Numbered from the stretch's first letter, positions 8,195 to 17,757 are shown. The stretch: DNA of 64,000 bases from Gemmatimonadota bacterium (GCA_041486305.1 JBGPLG010000007.1:12801-76800); one strand, 5' to 3'. Translations and numbers: made by a program. The notes: generated by a model from the letters alone, not told the origin.

Positions 8195-8593
8195 ATGCCG
8201 CGCCTGCTTCCCCTGATCTGTCTGGCCGCACTGCTGTTTCCCGCGGCGGCCGTGGCGCAGGACACCACCCACAAGGCCCCCAAGCTCAGGCGCAACCCCG
8301 ACCTGATCTCCGAACAGGAAATCCAGGCGGCTCCGGAGGCGATGCAGACCGCGTTCTCCCTGGTGGAGCAGCTCCGCCCCAACTGGCTCCGGAGTCACGG
8401 AATGAGCTCGATTCGCTCGCAAACGCCGACCCCTCAGGTATACGTCAGCGGCATCAAGCGCGGCGCGCCCTCGACCCTGCAGGACGTGGCCCGGGCCTCC
8501 ATCAAGGAGATCCAGCACCTCAGCGGGAATGAAGCCACAATGCGCTTCGGGATGGGTCACGAAAGCGGGGCGATCCTGGTCATCCTCAAGTGA
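8195..8593 (+). CDS. Small secreted protein with a TonB-receptor plug-like C-terminal motif
   Basis: 132 aa with a signal peptide (MPRLLPLICLAALLFPAAAVAQ). The C-terminus (VYVSGIKRG...IKEIQHLSGNEATMRFGMGHESGAILVILK) resembles the end of plug domains. AAGGAG lies upstream of the ATG. Its stop overlaps the next gene's GTG (GTGA). Confidence 0.6.
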   Translation: MPRLLPLICLAALLFPAAAVAQDTTHKAPKLRRNPDLISEQEIQAAPEAMQTAFSLVEQLRPNWLRSHGMSSIRSQTPTPQVYVSGIKRGAPSTLQDVARASIKEIQHLSGNEATMRFGMGHESGAILVILK

Positions 8594-11500
8594 ACCCGTC
8601 GGGGCGGCTGATGGCGGCTGTGGTCCTGGCGATGCTGGGGGCCGGAGGTCGGCTGGCGGCTCAATCCGGCAACAGCGGAATCCTCGAGGGCCGAGTTCAG
8701 GCCGACGCCGGGGTTCCGGTGCCGCTCGCCGAGATCCTGGCAATCCACACCGATGGGTTCACCCGCCGCCAGGCGCACTCCGATAGCCGGGGCGGCTTCC
8801 GTCTCGCGTTCCTGCCCCCCGGCGCCTACCGGCTCACGGTGCGGAGAATCGGCTATCGCCCAGTGGTGGTGAACGATGTCGTGATCCGGGCCGGGCGGGT
8901 CGAGACGGTGCTCATCACGCTCACGGCCGCGGCCCTGACCCTGGACTCCATCGTGGTGCAGGCTCCGGCGGTTCATATCGGCACCGGTGACACCGAGTTC
9001 GGGACTCGGCTCACCGCCCGGGAACTCGGGCTGTTGCCCCTGCCCAACGACGCGAAGGCGCTGGTGGCGTTCACGCCCGGCGCGCGCCCCGACCAGATCT
9101 GGGGCGCCGCCACGGCACAGGCCAACAACTATCAGCTCGATGGGGTGGCGGTGAACCATCCCGGCGTCGGAGGGGATTTCCTGCAGCCCAGCACCAGCTG
9201 GATCGAGGAGATCGAGGTACGCGGCCTGGGGGCCGGCGCGGAATACGGCAACTTCCAGGGCGGCCTGGTGAATATCGTCACCAAGTCCGGCAGCAACCGG
9301 TTTCAGGGCGGGCTGCGCACCAACGGCGAATCATGGCACCTCAACTCCACCAACCTCAGGGTCACCGAGCTCGGCTCCGAGCTCTCCCACCGCGGCGAGG
9401 TGGACGGGCAGGTCCGTGGTCCGCTGATTCGCGACCGGCTGTTCTTTGCGATATTCGGCCAGCTGGTGGACCGCGGGCTCCGGGTCCTCAACAAGGTCCG
9501 GCAGGTGCCCGGAGATTTTTCGCCCGATGCGCCAGCCGAGCAGGAGCGGAAGTTCCTGGCCAAGCTGACCTGGCAGCCCACGCCCAGGGACATCCTCAAC
9601 GGCGCGCTGGGGCGAATCGACGCCGACGATGCGCGCTTCGGCCAGAACGGGTTTCAGAGCCCGGAGGCCACGCTGGACCGCACCTCGCGGACCATGTTCT
9701 ACAACCTCTCGTGGCAGCGGACCGTGACCGCCCGAAGCTTCCTCGAGATGAAGGTGGCCGGGTTCGACGGGAGCGAGACCCGGGACGGCTACGGTGGACC
9801 CGGACTTCCCGGCATCGCGACGCTGCTCGAAGTGAACCCCCGCCAGTACCAGAACGCGCCGTTCCGTGAATCGCGAGAGCCGTTCAGCGTCGCCTTCTCG
9901 GCCAACTGGGACTGGTATGCGCGGCTCGGGGGCATCGACCATCACGTGAAGGCGGGTGGCGAGCATGCCTTCGGCGAGTGGACGTATTCCCTGCTTCGGA
10001 ACGGGGGCCTCACGTGGCGCCCGGGCGAGCGCCTCACTCCCCCGGTATTCGATCCCCTGGTTCCGTCAACCTGGGTCTTCAACGGGGTCACCACCAGCAG
10101 CTGGGGCGGCGAGGCGGACCTGGGCTCGAAGGTGCAGAACAGCGCCGCGTTCATCCAGGACTACATCCAGGTGACGAAGTGGCTGAGCATCAATCCCGGC
10201 GTCCGCTGGGGTCGCTGGATCGGCCGGCTCCGGCAGCCGGACGGCCGCGGGTTCTTCACGCCGGTCAGCGACAACGCGTTCGAGCCGCGGATCGGCGTGG
10301 TGGCCGATCTGAGCGGGAGCGGCACCCTGGTAGCAAAGGCGCACTGGGGAATCTTCCACCAGAACATGTTCGCGTCCTTCTTCGACCGGGCCGAGGGCGG
10401 CAGCGTCTACTCGAACGAAGAGCGCTGGGAGTACACCGGCCCGGGGCTCACCGATCCCCGCACCACCTTCACGGCGGCGCAGCGCAACGGCGATCCTTCA
10501 TGGAGAAAGGTGCAGACCATCCGGCTCAACGAGGTGGGCCGGGTGGAGAACTTCAAGGAGCCCTACATCGAGCAGGGGATCGTGGGCCTGGAAAAAACCT
10601 GGGGGGGGCACCTCAAGACCGAAGCGCTCTACGTCCGGCGCCGCAACAAGAACATGGTGGCCGTGGTGGACCGGAACCTGGCCCAGAACTACACGGTATA
10701 CCACGATCTCACGGTCACCGACCGCTTCTTCGCGCCGCTGTTTTTCGGAGGAAAGCCGCTGGAGATACCGACGCTCTACGTCTCGAACGAGGACCTCATC
10801 TATTACCGCACCCTGTTCCTGGCCGGGATTGTCGGGCCGGAATTCATTCCGCCGGGGTTCCGGGGCCCAGCCGGCATGCAGCGCTGGCTGCAGCTGACCT
10901 ATCAACCCGACAATGTCCTCACCAATGTCCCCAGCGCCACCCGCAAGTTCGACCAGCTCCAGCTCTCGGCGACGGCGAACTATGACTCCTGGTGGGCTCG
11001 ACTCTCGGGGACGTTCACCAGCCTCAAGGGGAACCTGAACAGCCTGACCGGTACCGACGATTACACCGTCACGGGAGCCGGACCCTACGTGCATGTGAAC
11101 GAGCAGACCAACTCGTACGGCAACCTCAACAACCAGAGCGTGGTCGAACTCAAGCTGGCCATCGGAGGCAGGCTGCCCTACCGGCTCCGCGGCGGCGCGT
11201 TCGTCACCTATTTCTCGGGCGACCGGGTTACCCCGACCCTGACCATCTCCGACCTCCTGCTCGAATTCAATCTGCCCGATTCCATCGGCCCGGATTTCGG
11301 AGGACCGCGTCGGCCGGACCGGGTACGGGGATACCTGTTCGCGACGACGGTCGGACAGCGGATCTTCGTGCAGCCACGGGGCACCTACAACTACCCGGGC
11401 CGTACCTCGGTGGACTTCCATCTGGAGCGGGGGTTTCCCATCGGCAAGACCGAGCTGAGCTTCGCGCTCGACGCGTTCAACGCGCTGGGATCGAGCACGA

Positions 11501-11622
11501 TCTCGGAGATCCAGACCTCGGTGAACGGCAACCTGGACCCGGAGGCGTACTCGGCCTACGGCCAGACCCGGCAGCGGGTGCCGCCGAGGACGATCCGCAT
11601 CGGGGCGGGCGTGAGGTTCTGA
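8590..11622 (+). CDS. TonB-dependent outer-membrane receptor with N-terminal CarboxypepD_reg domain
   Basis: 1010 aa. It has a signal peptide, then a carboxypeptidase-regulatory-like fold (GILEGRV...DSRGGFRLAFLPPGAYRLTVRRIGYRP). A plug follows (QLDGVAVNHP...IEEIEVRGLGAGAEYGNFQGGLVNIVTKSGSN), then a long beta-barrel ending in the terminal aromatic residue ...IGAGVRF. The start could instead be the ATG at 8611. Confidence 0.9.
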   Translation: MNPSGRLMAAVVLAMLGAGGRLAAQSGNSGILEGRVQADAGVPVPLAEILAIHTDGFTRRQAHSDSRGGFRLAFLPPGAYRLTVRRIGYRPVVVNDVVIRAGRVETVLITLTAAALTLDSIVVQAPAVHIGTGDTEFGTRLTARELGLLPLPNDAKALVAFTPGARPDQIWGAATAQANNYQLDGVAVNHPGVGGDFLQPSTSWIEEIEVRGLGAGAEYGNFQGGLVNIVTKSGSNRFQGGLRTNGESWHLNSTNLRVTELGSELSHRGEVDGQVRGPLIRDRLFFAIFGQLVDRGLRVLNKVRQVPGDFSPDAPAEQERKFLAKLTWQPTPRDILNGALGRIDADDARFGQNGFQSPEATLDRTSRTMFYNLSWQRTVTARSFLEMKVAGFDGSETRDGYGGPGLPGIATLLEVNPRQYQNAPFRESREPFSVAFSANWDWYARLGGIDHHVKAGGEHAFGEWTYSLLRNGGLTWRPGERLTPPVFDPLVPSTWVFNGVTTSSWGGEADLGSKVQNSAAFIQDYIQVTKWLSINPGVRWGRWIGRLRQPDGRGFFTPVSDNAFEPRIGVVADLSGSGTLVAKAHWGIFHQNMFASFFDRAEGGSVYSNEERWEYTGPGLTDPRTTFTAAQRNGDPSWRKVQTIRLNEVGRVENFKEPYIEQGIVGLEKTWGGHLKTEALYVRRRNKNMVAVVDRNLAQNYTVYHDLTVTDRFFAPLFFGGKPLEIPTLYVSNEDLIYYRTLFLAGIVGPEFIPPGFRGPAGMQRWLQLTYQPDNVLTNVPSATRKFDQLQLSATANYDSWWARLSGTFTSLKGNLNSLTGTDDYTVTGAGPYVHVNEQTNSYGNLNNQSVVELKLAIGGRLPYRLRGGAFVTYFSGDRVTPTLTISDLLLEFNLPDSIGPDFGGPRRPDRVRGYLFATTVGQRIFVQPRGTYNYPGRTSVDFHLERGFPIGKTELSFALDAFNALGSSTISEIQTSVNGNLDPEAYSAYGQTRQRVPPRTIRIGAGVRF

Positions 11623-12522
11623 CTACTTCTTCTTCATGCTGTCGTAGGCATAGCCGACAAACAGGTCCGGCTTCATGAATCCGGACCCCCAGGTCGCGTC
11701 AAACTCCGCGCTCGGCTTGGCGGCGATGACCTGTTCCCGGGTCTTCCCCTGCTTGATCAGCACGGCAATTCGGTCCCGAATCTTGGTGAGGACATCCCGG
11801 TAGGCCACCAGCTCCGCCTTGCCGCCGAGCGGGCCGTGGCCGGGGATCACCTTGGTGCTGTCGTTCACGTAGGCCAGCGCGCTGTTCACCGCCCGGATCA
11901 CTCCCTCGAATGACCCTCCGCTCGACAGATCGAAGAACGGATAGCGGCCGTTGAAGAAAGTGTCTCCCATGTGAATGGTGTTGGCTTTGGTGAAATGCAC
12001 GATGGCGTCGCCGTCGGTGTGGGCCGGCGGCACGTGCACCACGTGGATCGCCTCGTCGCCGTTGTAGAACGCCACTCCGTCGGCGAAGGTGATGACCGGC
12101 AGGGCAGCCTTGGGGGATGGCGCCACCTTGGAATTGAAGGCCGCGACGAACTGCTCGGTGCTCATCCGGGTCCGGACGTTGTCGTGCGCCACGATGATGA
12201 TGCCCGCGCCGGCCATGTTCTCGTTGCCCCCGGTATGGTCGCCGTGCCAGTGGGTATTGACGAGAAAGCGGATCGGCTTGTCGGTCACCGCCCGTACGGC
12301 GGCCAGGATCTTCTGGCTGAGGGGCGCGTACTGGTCATCCACCAGAAACGCATAGTCGCCCACCGCAAGCGCGATGTTCCCGCCCGAACCCAGCAGCATA
12401 TACACGCCCGGGCCCGCGGGAATGGTCTGCACTTTCACCGTGTCGTAGTTCACCTGCGCTGCCAGTGGCGCCGCGACGGCGAGGAGCACGGCGGCGAACG
12501 CCAGACTGCGTAGAGAGATCAT
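11623..12522 (-). CDS. Exported metallo-beta-lactamase-fold hydrolase
   Basis: The ORF track extends to 12822, but the signal peptide starts at the ATG at 12522 (MISLRSLAFAAVLLAVAAPLAAQ). It has the HxHxDH motif NTHWHGDHTGGN plus downstream PAHTDGD and IPGHGP ligand-like motifs. The ATG overlaps the upstream stop (ATGA). Confidence 0.85.
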   Translation of the reverse strand: MISLRSLAFAAVLLAVAAPLAAQVNYDTVKVQTIPAGPGVYMLLGSGGNIALAVGDYAFLVDDQYAPLSQKILAAVRAVTDKPIRFLVNTHWHGDHTGGNENMAGAGIIIVAHDNVRTRMSTEQFVAAFNSKVAPSPKAALPVITFADGVAFYNGDEAIHVVHVPPAHTDGDAIVHFTKANTIHMGDTFFNGRYPFFDLSSGGSFEGVIRAVNSALAYVNDSTKVIPGHGPLGGKAELVAYRDVLTKIRDRIAVLIKQGKTREQVIAAKPSAEFDATWGSGFMKPDLFVGYAYDSMKKK

Positions 12523-12884
12523 CGGGCTTCTCCGGAATGGTGAACCAGGGAATCGGCCATGGAGCCGGCGAGCGCGGCGGCGGCCCAGGCGAGCACCGCG
12601 CCAAGCAGTAGGGTGAGCAGGATCAAGACCGCCGGCGGCACGCTCATCACGCCGCCCAGCCGGGTGGTCAGGACTTCCATCGCATGGTGGTTGGCCTGCC
12701 AGTCGGCCAGCAGCCACGCCGCCCAGGCCGAAGCGGCCGCCAGGGCGGCGGTGGCGGCCGGCGCGCTGACCGCGGGCCGCATGACGCCCCAGAGCGCCGC
12801 GACGACCGGTACCGCCCACCACCCGAGCTTCGTTGCGAGGGCAAACGCGGCCGCGAGGACCGCAAACGAGAGCCAGCGCTTCAT
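12519..12884 (-). CDS. Small polytopic membrane protein (about 121 aa), unknown function
   Basis: MKRWLSFAVLAAAFALATKLGWWAVPVVAALWGV... contains 3-4 hydrophobic segments. It has 4-nt ATGA overlaps with both the acylase (upstream) and the MBL gene (downstream). The sequence is Ala-rich and low in complexity, so the call rests mainly on coupling and hydrophobicity. Confidence 0.5.
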   Translation of the reverse strand: MKRWLSFAVLAAAFALATKLGWWAVPVVAALWGVMRPAVSAPAATAALAAASAWAAWLLADWQANHHAMEVLTTRLGGVMSVPPAVLILLTLLLGAVLAWAAAALAGSMADSLVHHSGEAR

Positions 12885-15370
12885 CGCGGCGCGCCGGTCA
12901 GCGTAAGCCGTTCCCGCACCCGGGCGTTCGGGAGGTCGGCCGGACGCGAGGGGAACAGCAGGGTATCGAGCTCGCCGGCCGTCCAGCGCGGGACCCGGTC
13001 CAGGTACCAGGGGCTCGCCGGATTGCCCGACTGGCCGCCGGGGTAGGTGCCCCAGGCGTGCACCTCGGGGCCCAGCTCCACCAGCATGCGCCAGCTGGGG
13101 CCGTGAGTGCCCTGGCCCGGTGACGGGCTCAGGGTCGAGGTACCGCCCTGGACCGGAAGCTCGAGCGCGGAGAGTGCCGGCATTCGGAGCAGGTGATAGA
13201 TGTTGGCGTGGTGGGCGTTGGACCAGAGCCAGCCCGCACCTTCGGGCGATCCGTGGTCGCGCAGCGCGCTCGACAGGCCCGCCTTGAGGGCGCGGGCCAG
13301 AGTTTCGTTTCTTCCCTCGACGCCGGGGGTTCGCCGGTCGTCCCACCAGGCATTGCTCGAATCGGCCACCAGCTCCAGGATCACGGCGTCCTGCGGGACG
13401 GCCACCGGGCCTTCGCCGGAGTCCGCCCCGGTGGGAACGAGCTCGTCCAACAGCAGGCGAGGCAGCGCGACCATCACCGCTTCGAAGAGCACCGCGAGGC
13501 GGTTCTCCCTGGTGTAGCGCCGGTCCCATTCGGCCAGCAGCGCCGCGGCCCGGCGAAGGGTGTCGTCGCTCCGGCCGGCATTCTGGAGCGCGGCGGCCGC
13601 GGCCAGGAAGACGGGAACGAAGGCGTCTGCCCGCGCGCTCCCGGGGTCGGTCTGGAACCGCCGCATGTCGTCGGGGGTTACCGAGGAGTCGGTCCGCAGG
13701 AGCTGGTTGATCCGCATCGCCCGCCACGGGGAATACCAGTTCGAGCCGAAGTAGCGCGGGTTAACCCGGGGATCCACCGGTTGCTGGTTGGCCGAGGCGA
13801 GGTATCCCTGGGCCGGATCGAGCGCGAAGGGATACTCGGCGAGGGGGATGTATCCGGTCCAATCGGCGGCGCTCCGGCTCCCGTCGCGGATCTCGTCGCC
13901 CCGGCCGTCGCCGGGCCGGATCGGGTAGCGGCCGGTGGAGCGGATGGCGATGGCTCCGGCGCGATCCGCCGCGATTCCATTCTGCGCCGGGGCCGCGTAG
14001 CCCTTCCAGCCGTCGAGCCACTCCGCGACGCTGCCCGCACGGTCGAGGCGAAGGAAGTCTTCCCCGCCCGGCGTTTCGAACGGAGTCCACCGGACCGAGA
14101 GCCAGCGGTGCCGGTCCTTCACCATGGGCCCGCGGTGGGTGAAGTAGAGCGTGTCGGTGTGGAGCAGCTCGCCCCGTTTCCCGCGGAGAAACTCGACCCG
14201 CCGCTCCACCGGCCTCCAGGCGCCGTCCAGCAGATACTTCGCCGGGGCGACCGAGTCGTCCACCGTCTCGGCGTAGTGATCGCGCACATCGGCGCCGGTA
14301 TTGGTGAAGGACCAGGCGACGTTGCGGTTGAATCCGATGATGACGCCGGGCGACCCCGGGAACGTCACGCCGGCGACGTCGGGACCGCCGTCCACGTGGA
14401 GGTGGATCTCGTACCAGACCGAGGGAAGGCTGAGCTCCAGGTGGGGATCGCCGGAGAGCAGCGAGTGTCCGGCGGCCGCACGGCGCGGGGCGACCGCCCA
14501 ATTGTTGCTTCCGATCGCGTCGCCATCACCGGGTCGGCGCGGCGTGAGCCCGAGGGCCAGCCCGATCGTGGCCCGCTCATCCGCCGCGACGGCGGCCGAG
14601 GCGTCCGGAGGGCCGGGAGGAGCGAACGGCCGAACGAAGTCGTAGCGCGGCGCGCCCAGGCCATTGGGCTGAATCGGCTCCTGGATCGGGCTATTGAGCG
14701 GAAACAGCGCCTCGGCGGCCGCCGCGCCGACCAGGGAGCGGACCCGCATCCGCTCGAGCGTCTCGTCCTCGTAGGCCAGCGTGAGGGCCATCTGGCTGAA
14801 GAAATAGTAGGTCGAGAGCGGCTGCCAGCGCGCCGGGCGGGCCCCGAGCAGCCGGTATTCGAGCGGCAGGTCGCCGGGGCGCATCGCATCGATCCAGGCG
14901 TTCACTCCCTGGGAGTAGGCCCGCGCGGCGCGGGACAGCAGGCTCTGGCTATCGGCCGCGGCCAGCCGCTCGGCGCCCCACGCGAGCCCCCGGCGTCGCG
15001 CGGCCCGATCGGCCTCCAGCGCCCGCAGGCCGACCAGCCCGGAGAGGGTTCCGCTCGCCGCACGGGTCGAGAGCTCCATCTGGAACAGGCGGTCCCGGGC
15101 GACGAGGTACCCCTGCGCGCGCCAGGCATCTTCCTCCGACCGGGCAAACACATGGGGCACCCCGCGGTCGTCGACCAGGACTTCGACCGGCGCGGAGAGC
15201 CCCGGAATGCGCGCCTCGTCATGGGGCGGCGGGCTCGCGGTGCGAGCCAGGGCCCAGACGCCGCCGGCGGGGTCGAGAAAGGATCCCAGCGCGGGCGCTG
15301 GACCAACCGGCCGCGCGGCGAGATAGAGCGCCGCGACCAGAACCACGAAGGAAATCAGGAGACGTCGCAT
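12881..15370 (-). CDS. Penicillin acylase family (peptidase S45, Ntn-hydrolase; PvdQ/AHL-acylase-like)
   Basis: The signal peptide starts at the ATG at 15370 (MRRLLISFVVLVAALYLAA). The autoprocessing/nucleophile site is GDGDAIGSNNWAVAPRRAAAGHSLLSGDPHL. Total length is about 829 aa, with the typical alpha/beta subunit layout. Confidence 0.9.
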   Translation of the reverse strand: MRRLLISFVVLVAALYLAARPVGPAPALGSFLDPAGGVWALARTASPPPHDEARIPGLSAPVEVLVDDRGVPHVFARSEEDAWRAQGYLVARDRLFQMELSTRAASGTLSGLVGLRALEADRAARRRGLAWGAERLAAADSQSLLSRAARAYSQGVNAWIDAMRPGDLPLEYRLLGARPARWQPLSTYYFFSQMALTLAYEDETLERMRVRSLVGAAAAEALFPLNSPIQEPIQPNGLGAPRYDFVRPFAPPGPPDASAAVAADERATIGLALGLTPRRPGDGDAIGSNNWAVAPRRAAAGHSLLSGDPHLELSLPSVWYEIHLHVDGGPDVAGVTFPGSPGVIIGFNRNVAWSFTNTGADVRDHYAETVDDSVAPAKYLLDGAWRPVERRVEFLRGKRGELLHTDTLYFTHRGPMVKDRHRWLSVRWTPFETPGGEDFLRLDRAGSVAEWLDGWKGYAAPAQNGIAADRAGAIAIRSTGRYPIRPGDGRGDEIRDGSRSAADWTGYIPLAEYPFALDPAQGYLASANQQPVDPRVNPRYFGSNWYSPWRAMRINQLLRTDSSVTPDDMRRFQTDPGSARADAFVPVFLAAAAALQNAGRSDDTLRRAAALLAEWDRRYTRENRLAVLFEAVMVALPRLLLDELVPTGADSGEGPVAVPQDAVILELVADSSNAWWDDRRTPGVEGRNETLARALKAGLSSALRDHGSPEGAGWLWSNAHHANIYHLLRMPALSALELPVQGGTSTLSPSPGQGTHGPSWRMLVELGPEVHAWGTYPGGQSGNPASPWYLDRVPRWTAGELDTLLFPSRPADLPNARVRERLTLTGAPR

Positions 15371-15498
15371 GCAGGCGGCCATTAGGTTCACCCGTCCGCG
15401 CGCAGGTGTCAAGCCGCCGCGCGGGATGCTACTTTGGCATCGAAGCGCCGCGCGGACGCTCCCCGCGGCCCCGTCCCCCCCGTCACCCGAGCCCGAAC

Positions 15499-17186
15499 AT
15501 GTCCCGATTGCTCCTGGGGTCCCTCCTCGCGCTCGCCGCCTGCGCGCCGAATGCTCCCGCCGGGGCTCCCGGTCCCGACAACACGGACTACGACCTGATC
15601 ATCGGAGGCGGCCGGGTGGTGGACGGAACCGGCGCCGGGTGGTTCTATGGCGACGTCGCCATCAAGGGCGATCGGCTCGCCCGAGTGGCGCCCCGCGGGG
15701 TACTCTCGGCCGCGCGGGCGCGGCACTACATCGACGCGCGCGGCCTGGTGGTGGCTCCCGGCTTCATCGATATCCAGGGTCAATCGGACTACCAGTTCAC
15801 GCTGGGGGACGGCCGCGGCATCAGCAAGGTGACCCAGGGGATCACCACTGAAATCATGGGCGAGGGCAACACCCCCGCCCCGACCAACGCGAAGTTTCCC
15901 GGGTTCGGCACCCCGGCCACCAACTTCAGCGGCCCCCATGGCTTCGCGGCCTGGCTGACCGCGATGCAGGCCCACGGCACTTCGGAGAACTTCGGATCCT
16001 TCCTGGGCGCGGCGACGGTGCGGGTCTACGCCAAGGGCGAAGCCCAGGGACCCGCGACCGCCGCCGAGCTCGACACCATGCGCGCCGTGGTCCGGAACGC
16101 GATGGCCGACGGCGCGTTCGGGGTCGCGTCGGCCCTGATCTATCCGCCCGGCAACTATGCCAGCACCGAGGAGCTGATCGAGCTGGCGCGGGCGATGGCG
16201 TCCTCGGGCGGGCTCTACATCTCCCACATGCGCTCCGAAGGGAACGCGTGGCTCGAGGCGATCGACGAGGCCATCCGGATCGCAAGGAAGGCGGTGTGCC
16301 GGTGGAGATCTATCATCTCAAGGCCGGCGGGAAGCGGAACTGGTCCAAGACCCCGGCGGCGCTCGCCAAGATCGATTCGGCCCGGGCGGCGGGCCTCGAC
16401 ATCCAGGCCGACATGTACGCCTACACCGCCGGAGGCACCGGCCTTACCGCCTGTCTCCCGCCCTGGGCCAGCGCCGACGGGAAGCTGTTCGACAACGTCG
16501 CGAACGCCGACACCCGCAAGCGAATCCGGGCCGAGATGGATCGGGACCAGAACGAATGGGAGAGCCTGTGCCAGATCGGCGGTCCCGAAAACGTCCTGTT
16601 CGTGCAGTTCGAGAAGGCGGAGAACAAACAGTTCGTCGGCAAGCGCCTGTCCGAAGTGGCGCAGATGACCGGCAAGGAGTGGGAGGAAGCGGCGATGGAC
16701 CTGATCGCCTCGGAGCACTCCCGGGTGGAAACCATCTTCTTCCTGATGAGCGAAGACAACGTCAGGGCCAAGATGCGGATGCCGTGGATCAAGTTCGGCA
16801 CCGACGCCGATGGGATCGATCCGGAGCACGCGCAGGGGCTGACCCATCCCCGCGCCTACGGCAACTATCCCAGAATCCTGGGGAAATACGTGCGGGAAGA
16901 GAAGGTCCTGACGCTGGAGGATGCGATCCGCAAGATGACGTCCGCCGTGGCGACGCGGCTCTCGATCCCCGATCGCGGCCTGCTCAAGGCGGGGTACTAC
17001 GCCGACGTGGTGGTGTTCGATCCGGAAACCGTGGCCGACCGCGCCACGTTCGAACGCCCCCACCAGGTGTCGGTCGGGATCCGCCACGTCCTGGTCAACG
17101 GGGTCGAAGTGGTCCAGGACGGCATGCATACCGGGGCCAAGCCGGGACGAGCCATCCGGGGCCCGGGCTGGACCGGACGCCGCTGA
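15499..17186 (+). pseudogene. N-acyl-D-amino-acid deacylase (D-aminoacylase, amidohydrolase superfamily) disrupted by a 1-nt frameshift near 16280-16292
   Basis: The first-frame product runs MSRLLLGSLLALAACA...DLIIGGGRVVDGTG...GFIDIQGQSD...LYISHMRSEGNAWLEAIDEAIRIA, then becomes junk. The conserved continuation (GVPVEIYHLKAGGKRNW...GTDADGIDPEHAQGLTHPRAYGNYPRILGKYVREEKVLTLEDAIRKMT...) is in the frame offset by -1 (ORF 16248..17186). Confidence 0.8.
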
Positions 17187-17710
17187 GCCACGGAAACCGC
17201 GCGCGCGATCCGGTGCGGCGGCGCGGAATCGGGAGGCTCGAGACCGAAATAATCGTCGAGAGCATCCTCGATATCGTCATCGCTGCTGGGCCCGGTATGG
17301 AATTCCTCCGCGTAGCCCGGCTCGATGAACACATACCCGTAGGGATAATCGAGGCCCGACAGCATGACGACCCGGGTGCTGCCGCCCTCCAGGCGTACCA
17401 CGACCGTGTCCTGAACCGTGGCCAGCAGGGTCACATCGGTATCGTCGAGATAGTCGGCCACCACTTGGTTGGAGCGCCGGAATTGCTCGCGCGCGAGGCG
17501 CAGGTCCTTCGGGAGCAGCGTATCCGCCGACGGGAGCCAGAACGCGATCACCGAGGCCTCGCGCACCACCGGCACCTCGGCGGTCGCAACCGGAGCCTTC
17601 CCCAAAGCGTGGGAGGCCTCCGGCCTGCATCCGGACAGGGAGGCGGCCGCACTTAGAACCAGAATGGAAATGACCGGTTTCACTCCCGCCAAGATAATAC
17701 ACGCCAACAT
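16997..17710 (-). CDS. Putative lipoprotein, unknown function
   Basis: It has a signal peptide plus lipobox (ILVLSAAASLSGC). The acidic C-terminal half reads GPSSDDDIEDALDDYFGLE. The last ~63 codons overlap the convergent D-aminoacylase 3' end, so the true stop is uncertain. Confidence 0.45.
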   Translation of the reverse strand: MLACIILAGVKPVISILVLSAAASLSGCRPEASHALGKAPVATAEVPVVREASVIAFWLPSADTLLPKDLRLAREQFRRSNQVVADYLDDTDVTLLATVQDTVVVRLEGGSTRVVMLSGLDYPYGYVFIEPGYAEEFHTGPSSDDDIEDALDDYFGLEPPDSAPPHRIARAVSVAQRRPVQPGPRMARPGLAPVCMPSWTTSTPLTRTWRIPTDTWWGRSNVARSATVSGSNTTTSA

Positions 17711-17757
17711 GTTAGCCTAGCCTACCACGAAGGGTGTCGTTACGTCCCCATTACGTA

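Noticed and set aside
13193-15385. 730-aa plus-strand ORF antisense to the penicillin acylase. Similar giant antisense ORFs occur at 46783..49758, 22385..24148, 25038..26393, 27490..28800, 33336..34835, 42932..44875 and 54934..56472.
   Set aside because: Their translations are Arg/Gly/Pro/Ala/His-rich with no recognisable motifs. The opposite strand encodes clearly conserved proteins. These are typical shadow ORFs of GC-rich DNA.
16280-16292. Programmed -1/+1 ribosomal frameshift in the D-aminoacylase.
   Set aside because: There is no slippery X-XXY-YYZ heptamer or obvious stimulatory structure at the junction. A simple 1-nt deletion explains it.
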